Origin: Collodictyon triciliatum
Lineage: Eukaryota
Reading direction: 5' to 3'
DNA: 43,847 nucleotides
NCBI GenBank assembly: GCA_043381765.1
Contig: JBHJMP010000929.1
Location: 1 to 43,847, forward strand
The notes beneath the pieces were generated by a model, which did not search any database, was not told the DNA's origin, and saw only the letters and a list, made by a program, of their open reading frames with translations. The stretch's first letter is position 1. Each line of letters begins with the position of its first letter. A program made the translations under genes and the position numbers. Below, piece after piece: positions 27,126 to 37,600 of the stretch.

Positions 27126-27180
27126 GGGAAAAAGGGAAAAAGGGAAAAAGGGAAAAAGGGAAAAAGGGAAAAAGGGAAAA
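27126..27180 (+). repeat. (GGGAAAAA)7 octamer repeat
   Basis: Read directly from the sequence. Confidence 0.95.
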
Positions 27181-28082
27181 CAACAGATTGGCAATCATAT
27201 CCTTGAAAGAGTGTGCCGTACGAGCTTCGAATCAACGAAAGTGATTGACACGATGAAAGTAAAAATGAATAGGAATAAATCAAGTGGATATGATGAAAGA
27301 TGTGTAGTGACAAGGCTTCCCTTGAGGCTTGTAAAGAAAAGGCATCAAAGACAAAACTTGCGACAAGCAGAGGAAAAAGAAAAGTGAATCCAGCCAACTG
27401 GAGAGAAAAGGCTCGGAACAAATGCGCGCATTCAGGACAGAAAATGACTGCACCTCGATCAAGCTGGCGTTGAGTTTCAGGTCAGAACTGCTCCATCATA
27501 TCTTATTATAGCCATCACGCCAGTTGACGATTTGCCTCGCCTGTCTGAGTTGAAGCTTGCGGCTTTTTCCTGGCAACGCAGACCTGACAGCATTGGAATA
27601 TATATTTTGTGTTTTCCAAATACGGTTTGAAGACATTGTAGGATGGACGAGGTATTGTGGGTTATGATGAAATTATTTACTAATTATATGTATATTATTG
27701 ATATTAAATTATAGTATTTCTTATTCTATATAACATATAAGAGTAGTGTGTAATTATATCGTCAATTCCATATTAAATTTATGTAACTGGAAAATAAATA
27801 TTTACGACATAAAATAAACTACAGAGCACTACATCAAATTTACTGCTTCTATATAATTAGTATCATATTTTTCTAGCCATTACATAAATGCTATCTCCAC
27901 ATTTGTGAGCATACAAACGCACACACGCCAATCGACAACAACACACGCCCTGTCACACAAACACACGATCGCAGGATGCTTCCCTTTTCGCAAAGAAGAA
28001 AACAACACTCTTCGTGCACGAACAAGACATACTAAGGACAGTCCTTGTGACGGAAGGGTAGGCCCAAACAAGCATCACAGAA

Positions 28083-29038
28083 ATGAAGGGATACTTGCTG
28101 GACGATCCAAGCGTGCTGCTTTCTGCATCGTGGGAGTGGGCAGCGCATGGCATCCACTTCCTGGACTGGACAGGGGCGAGCCATAGTGAGAAAGTGGGCG
28201 AGTGGATGCAGCAGAATGAGGCGATTCATCAGGAGACTCACGTCTGGAAGCCTGAAAGTGCTGAGGTCGAAGGCGAGATCCAACGCTACTCCACTGAGTA
28301 AGAGTTCAACCTTCGACAAAGTCGACTACTCCGGCCCACGGGGCTGAGCCCACCCGAAGTGGTGTGAGCAGTGAATCCGTGACGCAAATATGTGCAGTAA
28401 TGTGGAGAAAAAAAACAAGCAAACAAAAACTCTTTTCCTCAGTGGTTTTCTTCTCGTAGATCCCTTCGCCATCAGCCTGAGCTTCTCTGCATCATTGAAG
28501 GTGAGGCTATCCTGGATGTTAGAAGCAACCTAGACCACTGGATTCGCCTTGAGCTTGTAGCTGGAGATAATCTAGTCCTGGTGACGCTATATTCCATGGA
28601 AAACACGATATCAAGCAAAAGGATTATAGATAACAGATTATGATGATTCCTTTCTGTCATAACCATCCTATCCCTGACTTACCTTTCGGTTATTTGCTCT
28701 TTGTCTGTTCGACTTTAACGATAGAAACAAGGTACCTATCGTCGACTGTTGCGCACACCGGTTCAAAGAGTTACTTTTCTGGAGGCCTACACAAAAAAAT
28801 GGGCCCACCAACTGATAGCTCGTCCTGTTAAAGGCGAGTTGATTAACCCGAGACTCAAAAGGTAAAATACGATAAAAGAAAAAGAAAAAGAAAAAGAAAA
28901 AGAAAAAGAAAAAGAAAAAGAAAAAGAAAAAGAAAAGAAAAGAAAAAGAAAAAGAAAAAGAAAAAGAAAAAGAAAAAGAAAAAGAAAAAGAAAAAGAAAA
29001 AGAAAAAGAAAAAGAAAAAGAAAAAGAAAAGAAAAGAA

Positions 29039-29110
<72 letters not shown>

Positions 29111-30131
29111 AAAGAGGACGCAATAAAATACTATTTCCTAAATATTTATCATCGAACTAGCTACGGCCCGCCTGTTTTGTTCAATGCGTGGCTGGAGGAA
29201 AACAAACAGTTTCTAAAACCACCTGTGGGTGACCGTCCCATGTGGAATGATGGAGAGGTACCATTCCTTGCTCTGTTTTTATTTTATTTTATTTTATTTA
29301 TTTCTAGATTTCTACAATTTCTTGCTGTAATGAACGCTCTCATAATTTCAAAAGCAATTATTTTAGTGGCATAACTGTGCTTATTTTGGCAGTTTATCGT
29401 TATGATTGTGTCTGGCCCTAATCTCCGACGCGATTACCACATAAACCAAGGAGAGGGTTTGTATACATTGAAATGGGTCCAAAAGAGAATCCCTCGTACC
29501 AACAGCCCAAAAAAATCACTATATTTGCACTAGAATTCTTCTACCAATTGAGGGGAGACATGTGGCTTGCAATTGAGGACCAGGGCGTGTTTCGTGATAT
29601 CCCAGTGCGTGAAGGAGAAATGTTTGTTTTGCCTGGGGGTGTCCCCCACTCACCCCAGCGAAAGGTGGCTTCCTTTAAAAATCATAATGTGGACAACACG
29701 AATTCGTGTCGATTTTTCTTTTTGCCCGACGGGTGCATTGTGTTTTCGTAGCAGCCCAACAGCCTGATACCCCGCAATATTGAAGATTATTTTCTTGCTT
29801 TTTAGGCCAATACGGTTGGGTTAGTGATTGAAAGGCGCAGGAAAGAGGGCGAGTTGGACGGTCTCCGTTGGTATTGTGACCACTGTGGAAAAGTGCTGAA
29901 GGAGGTGCAAATATCATTATTTTTGATAATACGCAATCACAAACAATTTGATGTTTGTAATAATTGCCAGTCCATGCGATTGAAATCTGACATTGGATGG
30001 CTTAGGACTACTTTCAATGCGTGAGCTTGGGAGCGCAGCTTCGAGAGAAAATCCACGAGTTCTATTCAAACACAGAAATGCGAACATGCAAATCTTGTGG
30101 GAAGGTCTCCGAAAAGCCGGTGGATGTCTAA
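28083..30131 (+). CDS. HAAO: Fusion protein (8 exons, ~329 aa): acireductone-dioxygenase-like cupin + 3-hydroxyanthranilate 3,4-dioxygenase
   Basis: Exons 28083-28297, 28460-28580, 28725-28861, 29161-29257, 29393-29456, 29534-29664, 29806-29904, 30006-30131; all GT-AG, 990 nt open. HAAO motifs LKPPVG, GPNxRxDYH, EEFFYQ, PHSPQR, GLVIER, CDHC/CKSC. ARD-like motif ILDVR..DHWIRL....GD. Confidence 0.85.
28875..29114 (+). repeat. Polypurine microsatellite (AAAAAG)n-(GAAA)n inside intron 3 of the fusion gene
   Basis: Read directly from the sequence. Confidence 0.97.
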
Positions 30132-30796
30132 ATTACGAAAGCACAGCAGTTTGGGCCAAATGACTACAGACACAGCAGAATAAATAGAAAGTTTTAACGC
30201 ACTCAAAAACTTGCTTGTTGCGAGCATGCATTCCCGAGGGAAATGCATTGAAGCCCTTGACTAATTTGTACGAATCAGCTTATTCCCTCACTCCTCGGCC
30301 CTGCCTGACCAGCGCTGACAACTTCTAGCCTGATTATGTCTTTCCTGCCCTGCGAGCACAAGAAAAAAAAAATACGCGTTTAGCACCACTTCCACTTTTC
30401 ACTTTCCGCTTTCCGTCGGCGATAATCTGTCTCTGCCCTTTCAATGTCCCTCTGTTTCCACATATAGTAAACTCCGCAATTGGTTAGTATCAACAAATCC
30501 ACATAGAGCATGAATGGCCGGGACACGCTTACGCACGCAACAGAACGGGCTTTCCCTTTCCTGACGCAGAACCACACATCCGCATTCCAACCCAGGAACA
30601 CAACCACAGCACCGATGCAAGGCGCGTATGATATGCAGACATATATCCTCCACACATAAACATTTGGTAGAAGCATACGTCTCGGCCCCTTGCATCCACA
30701 CTGAACTACCCACGAATCTGCCCGCCCACAATCCGCACTAACAACCGCGTCTCTATGCAGCACAGATCCCCACCAGAAAACCCCGAAACCGCACAA

Positions 30797-33623
30797 ATGA
30801 GCACAGAGACAGGTTTGCCGCTCCGCCCTCAACCTCCTCCCCGCACAAGCCTGACCACCTGCTCAGTAACCAATTGCCGTACTGATGCCACACACACCAT
30901 CCCCTCCCAACAACTCTCTGCCTCCTTCTCACAACAGAGCTCCTTCCCTCCCGCTTCGGCCAGTTTGGCGGCCGCTACATTCCCGAGACCCTTGTTGAAG
31001 CCCACGAGCAGCTCGAAGTGGCCTACGTCAAAGCCAAGGCCGACCCTGAGGTGATCCTCATCCTCCTTCGTGCCCTTCCAAGCGCAGAGATATTGGGCAT
31101 GGCCGCAATATTCTCTTGCTATGTTTGCTGCTACCTCTCTCGTCCGCGTCAACTTTCTGTCGGCTGCTCCGAATCTGCCTGCACGATGCCCGAAGAAACC
31201 ACACATCACTCACCTCGTCCTTCCGGGACGCTCATAGTTTCAAAGAGAACTGGCTGAGTTGTGGAAGCACTATGTCGGACGCGCCACACCCTTGTTCCAT
31301 GCCAAGCGACTGACAGAGCACTGTGGAGGCGCGCAGATCTGGATCAAACGCGAGGACCTTGCCCACACCGGCGCTCACAAAATCAACAACGCAATCGGGC
31401 AGGCAAGACTGACTCTCCCTCTTCCTCTCCCGATTCATACTTAGACAAGTTCTCTCTGTCTCTCTGTCTCTCTATTGCACTCGCGTTTGTGGGTGGCACT
31501 TTGTCTCAACATGCGGTTTGCACATTTCTTGCTTGTTTGTTTGTTTGTTTGTTTGTTTGTTTGTTTGTTTGTTTGTTTGTTTGTTTGTTTGATTGTTTGT
31601 TTGTTTGTTTGTTTGTTTGTTTGTTTGTCTGTCTGTCTGTCCAGGCACTTCTTGCCAAGAGACTCGGGAAGAAGCGCATCATAGCAGAGACCGGCGCCGG
31701 TCAGCACGGTGTCGCCACAGCCACTGCATGCGCACTACTGGGTCTAGACTGCACGGTGAGGACGAAGCCGAACTAGACATTGACTCTCATTCCCTCAAAT
31801 AACCTCCAACTAAGTCCCGCCATTACGCTTTCCTTTTGAATGGAAGTTGCCGTGATGGTCTCCCTCTCTAGCGCTCTGTCATTTTTTTTTAAAAAATATT
31901 CCCCTTATTGTACTTTTGTTTCCTTGTTCCTCTGTGTCGCTGAGCTGCACCCCTCACCGACTTCCAGGTCTACATGGGTGCCGAAGACTGCATGAGACAA
32001 TCTCTGAATGTGTTCCGCATGAAAATGCTCGGGGCCAAGGTTGTTCCAGTGGAGCAGTAAGTGTACCCAATCATCTCCCTTTCAACATACACCAACCAAC
32101 CAATCAACAAACAAACAAACACATACGTACACACACGCGCGGAAAAGAAAGACTGAGACAGAGATGTGTCCCTTCGTGGTCTTCTGTAACATACATAACC
32201 CCCTTCCATCGTGTACCGCCTCTATCTATTAACCGGGAAACGTTGCGGCAATAGCGGCTCCCGGACATTGAAGGATGCCATTAACGAAGCCATGCGCGAC
32301 TGGGTCACAAATGTCCAGACCACCCACTACATCATCGGCTCTGCAATCGGACCTCATCCATTCCCAACCATCGTCCGTGACTTCCAGGTGCGCCTATATG
32401 CAACCCAAATGCCGTGCCTTCCCGCCGCCCAACTAACGACAGCCGATTATTATTCCGTCGAAATAGAGCATCATCGGTAAAGAAGCACGCCAACAGATGA
32501 TTGAGCAGTCAGGCAACCTTCCAGACTATGCGGTGGCTTGCGTCGGCGGAGGAAGCAACGCTATTGGTCTTTTCCACCCTTTCGTCGAAGACAAGGTATA
32601 ACTCCCAGTTCCAAGTCCTCCTCGTTGCATAGGAAACCTGCGAGTAGCAGTTCCCTCTCATACTCAACTTTAATAACACATGATTCGCTCATGCCCAGAC
32701 TGTCAAGTTGGTTGGCGTAGAAGCAGGAGGTGAAGGCATTGACAAGGGAAAACACTCGTCCACGCTCTCTGCTGGAAAACCAGGTAAGGCTACCACACCG
32801 ACATTCCCTAGTCTCACCAATAACGGCCCGCTCTGGTGTTCTGCGCGCAAGACACGCCAGAGTAGACCTTCCTTGTGAACCGGATATTGACCAGGTGTTC
32901 AATCCAGGTGTTCTTCACGGAACAAGAACATACCTCATTCAGGATGAGAACGGACAAATCCTGGAAACCCACAGGTGCTCCGCGAACACATACCCACCCT
33001 CGCCAAAATCACAATCGCCAAGACAGTAACACAGACCACTCACACCACCCTGAAATCCTCCACTCACAGCATCTCCGCCGGACTGGACTACCCTGGCGTC
33101 GGTCCCGAGCATGCATTCCTCAAGGACAGGTCAGCATGCCTCCAATCGTGTAGTATCAATCTAAGAAGTCCACCTTGGTGCTTCCTCTGACCTTGTCGCC
33201 TCTCCTCACTCTGCCTTCCACGCAGCGGTCGCGCTGAATACGTAAGTGTGACCGACGAGCAGGCTCTGGACGGGTTTCAAAAGCTCGCACAGCTCGAGGG
33301 TATTCTACCTGCATTGGAGCCATCGCACGCCGTCTACTACGTGATGGAGGTAATGCACTCGACCCTCTCTTTCTCTCTCACGGCTTCGGCACTCGCGCGA
33401 ATAACATATGGGTAGATGAGGATGAGGATTGACACAAACAAACGCCCCGCCGATGTAGCTGGCAAAGAAGCTGAGCCCCGACCAAACGATTCTCTTGCTG
33501 ATGAGTGGCCGAGGCGACAAGGACATGGCCACCATCGCTAAGGCTCTTGGCGTCGTTGTTAAGGGCGCCTCCCTCGAGTTTGCCAATGCTGCCGAGACCA
33601 CCACCGCACCAAACAACCATTAA
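30797..33623 (+). CDS. trpB: Tryptophan synthase beta subunit (TrpB1-type), stand-alone, 12 exons, ~418 aa
   Basis: Exons 30797-30812, 30938-31050, 31238-31402, 31645-31755, 31968-32056, 32255-32387, 32467-32595, 32699-32783, 32908-32974, 33070-33129, 33226-33349, 33459-33623 (1257 nt open). Motifs [51 protein letters not shown]. Confidence 0.96.
31530..31640 (+). repeat. (GTTT)n/(GTCT)n microsatellite in trpB intron 3
   Basis: Read directly from the sequence. Confidence 0.97.
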
Positions 33624-34140
33624 ATAGACACACACAACAGCCTCCATAAACACCAAATCCCAGTCTGCGCCCTCAGGCACTTGACTTGATACGCACTGGC
33701 GCGCACATACCACAAAATGTTACACAAATTTGGAACTTATAGTATTCTATACAATGTTTTCTATCGTTGATTTTAAAATCAATATGGCATCAAAATTATA
33801 TGTTACTAATGTTACGTATTTGATATATAGAATGAGGTTTCGATTCTTTCTGTCCCTAAATTCCAGCATTCAAATGTTTAAACATTCAAAAGTTCAAATG
33901 CGCCTCAACCGTGGCAAAGCACATCGCGTCAAACCCAGCATTCTGATTCAAACCGCACAAAGCCGTACCATTCCCAATTCCCCCAATCTAAAGCCAACCT
34001 CGCCGCATGTCCGACAGAGACCAGGGGCGAAGCGGTCGAGGGAGTGACTTCTGCATAAATCATATTCACTCATGAAACTCACCAGTTGTGCTCGCCGAGC
34101 AACAAAGCGTATCAAGACGAACCAAACATTGAAAGCAGTG

Positions 34141-34248
34141 AAAAAAAGAGAAAAAAAGAGAAAAAAAGAGAAAAAAAGAGAAAAAAAGAGAAAAAAAGAG
34201 AAAAAAAGAGAAAAAAGAGAAAAAAAGAGAAAAAAAAGAGAAAAAAAA
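34141..34248 (+). repeat. (AAAAAAAGAG)n polypurine repeat
   Basis: Read directly from the sequence. Confidence 0.95.
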
Positions 34249-34331
34249 GCAAGGAAAAGGGACACATCAAACCTTTAACACACAGAGCGAATCCCACACA
34301 CTCCGTCTGAGACGCCGACCAGCCAATAGTC

Positions 34332-34457
34332 ATGAGCACACGCGCCTCATGGAACACCGAAACACAGCGCCCGCGAGTCAGCCCAGACGAGGAGGTGAGA
34401 ATCATCGAGGATCAGAGCCACGGCAAGAAGTACATCCTCGGCAAATTCCTCGGCAAA
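34332..34457 (+). CDS. First exon of a probable Polo-like Ser/Thr kinase; the rest of the gene is absent
   Basis: IIEDQSHGKKYILGKFLGK followed by a GTGAGT donor. Matches the Polo-type lead-in to the Gly-rich loop (Y..GKFLGKGGF). Confidence 0.65.
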
Positions 34458-34476
34458 GTGAGTCTATGTCTTTGTC

Positions 34477-34628
34477 TTTTCTTTTTCTTTTTCTTTTTCT
34501 TTTTCTTTTTCTTTTTCTTTTTCTTTTTNNNNNNNNNNNNNNNNNNNNNNNNNNNNNNNNNNNNNNNNNNNNNNNNNNNNNNNNNNNTTTTTCTTTTTCT
34601 TTTTCTTTTTCTTTTTCTTTTTCTTTTT
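34477..34628 (+). repeat. (TTTTTC)n microsatellite spanning assembly gap 34529-34587
   Basis: Read directly from the sequence. Confidence 0.95.
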
Positions 34629-34682
34629 TCCTGCCCTTTATTTCATTTGTGTAGATTTAATCTTAAATTTTGACTGTTCTAG

Positions 34683-37600
34683 ATGACTGTGAGCCTTCTA
34701 ATGGCGATAGGATTGCTCTACTATGTGGTGCCAGTACTGGGGCAATGTACCGTACCCAGCGAGCAACCCTTCGGTCTTGTGCTGAACCCTGACCTCTCCA
34801 TCTCCAGCTGCCTTGGCTCCACCATCAACCCGCAACCCCCTAGCATGGTGGCCTCTATCAACCAATGGCTCCCGGAGTACAGCAACCCAGCCCCGGAGAT
34901 TACCAGCACGAGCAATAATCCCAATCTCGTCTTCACGTCCACCAGCACCATTCATATCACTTTTATCACTGAAGGTGCCGGGCTCCGTAATTCGCTTGGA
35001 TATTTCGTGTTCGATGGCAAGCAGAACATCATCTCCAAGAACGTTGTTTTTCCCGATGTATCGAACTCCCCAACCACCCTCCAGACTGGTCAAACAGTCG
35101 AGATAGGGCCGTTCTCAGCCGGGCGAAGAGTTGGTTTCTTCCTGATTGCGAATGGGTTTACCAACAAGTTCTGGTCCACCGACCTATCCGGCTCCACCTA
35201 TTACTCTATCTGGACAAAGAACCCAGACGGGAAGCAGCACATAGCAATGTTCACTGAAAGTACCTCTGGTAAAATTATGATCGGCTTTGAGGACTTATAT
35301 AACCTTGGAGACGCTGATTATAACGACGTTATTTTTTTCGTCACAGTGGACGGTTCCATCGAAAATGACCAATTCCCAACCACTCTCCTGGTGACCACTC
35401 CGATGAACATAGACGTTAAGTTCACGCTTCAGTTGAGTGCTGGTACTGCAGCTTCAATTAAGTTTCTGTCTCTCCCCTCGCACGGAGTTCTTTCCCAAGT
35501 GAACGCAGACGGAACAAAGGGCACTGCAATCACTTCAACGACTGCAACGGTTACGAACACAAATTCCTATCTTGTGTTTACACCAGCAACCAACACCAAT
35601 GGCCAGCCCTATACGACCTTTTCTGTTGAGGAGAAGTTGGTTAATGGACAGACTGTTCCTGTTATTGTGCGCATCGACGTCTTATCTCATGCACCATACG
35701 CCCCGACCCCCGTCCCAGCCTCTGTCACAACCACGGCTGCATTTCTCACGGTCATTCAACTCACTGGCACAGATGCGAACAATCTCAACCTATTCGCTAC
35801 AATTGCCACGCTGCCAACACACGGTGTTCTATTCCAATACAACGCCGGTGCGAAAGGGACCCAGATCACCGCAAACACTGCTGTCACTGACCCTGTGAAC
35901 CGTGTCTTCTACCAAAGCAATTATACTTACAACAATTCTGCTATTTCAGACTCTTTCCAATTCAAGATGACGAATAACATGATAATGTCTGGAAATGCTC
36001 AAATCTCTATCACCGTAAACTTGAGACCCAACAGTGCCCCAACCTCTTCGCCAGTTACCATAACCATTAACCAAAATAGCAATGGAGCACTTGATATAAT
36101 TGCCACTGATGAAAATGGTGACCCTTTGACTGCAACGATTCTTACAATCCCATCAAATGGTCAAATTTTCACCACTCCTGATGGGATTTCTCATGGAAGT
36201 CAAATTACCACGGTAGGAACAGTTCTCCCAAATCTCACTCCGACCTCCTGGCGAGTGATGGTCTCGCCCACGACAAACCTCTACGGCACCGCACTGATGA
36301 CATTTCATTTCGAAGTGAAGGATTACATATCATCCAATACGTATACGGCCACCGTAAACGTAAATTTCGTCAACCAGCCGCCTGTATCGTCCCCAGTCTC
36401 CCTGACAATTCAAGAGAGCAGCTCATCGAATTCGATTGTCAACAACTTGTGGAGTGTCCATACTAACTGTGACCCCGATAACATAGTTTCGACGCTGTCA
36501 TTCACAATTGTAACCGTTCCAAACTTTGGAAATCTCGTGGATAACACTGGAGCAATCATTTCGTCAACTTCACTCCCAAGAACATTTGCATATGGCTCTC
36601 AGGTGTCATACAACCCACCTTATATCGGATACGGGACACCTTACGCCACTTTTACTTTTCGTGTTACTGACAATCGAAATGGAGTCTCTGCTACAAACAC
36701 GTATATCATCAACGTCAACCACGTGAACCACGCCCCCACAGCGACTGTGCCGACAGCAGTCAGCACTGACCTGAATGTCGCAGCTTCGATTGTACTTTAT
36801 GGACAAGACGACGATGTGGGCGACACCCTGAGCTTTGCCGTGACAGCGCTACCGACCAGAGCTGGGTCATCACTTATGATAGGAAGCATGGCTCTTACAG
36901 CTAACACAAAGTACTCACTTCCATCCAACGGAGTGACGCTGACATACATGCCAGCAGCGAACCAGTTCTACACTGATCAAATTACTGTACAAGTCAGCGA
37001 CAATAGCCAGGCGACCGACACCAAGGCTGTTTCGATTATGGTCAACTATGTCAACATCGCGCCTGTAGCTCAAGCTCTTAGCGTCACCACAGATGAAGAC
37101 AAGTCGGTGACCATCACATTATTAGCGACCGATGCGAATATCCCAGCTGAAGACGTCACGTACACTGTCCGCACTCTTCCAAAAAAGGGCACGCTGTCTT
37201 TTGAAGGGAAGGCGATTACGACCGTACCATTTTCACTTGGGTCATCGACAAGCGTAAGCTTCTTGAGCGCACTGTACTCGTTTGGAGACCCATACACAAG
37301 CTTCACCTACACGGCCAACGACGGAAAGGCAAACTCTTTACTTGCGACAGTGACCATATCAGTCAACCATGTCAATCACCCGCCAGTAAGTGTAATTTCT
37401 GCAAATCCCCTCCTTACCAACCGATATACGCCGGTCGCTTTCACTATCACACCAAATGACTTCGATGCAAACAACCAAGTTCGAGTGAAATTTGCCATTC
37501 CGAACAACTTCCTCGGTGTGTTGTCAATCAATGGTGCAGCTATATCAAATGGATATGAGACACCAATGGGTGCTGTCCTTAACCCAATCACGCTAGTCTA

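Noticed and set aside
28668-29123. F/S-rich ORF, and similar K/R- or CLFV-rich ORFs at 31.4-31.8 kb and 33.9-34.7 kb
   Set aside because: Translations of microsatellites.
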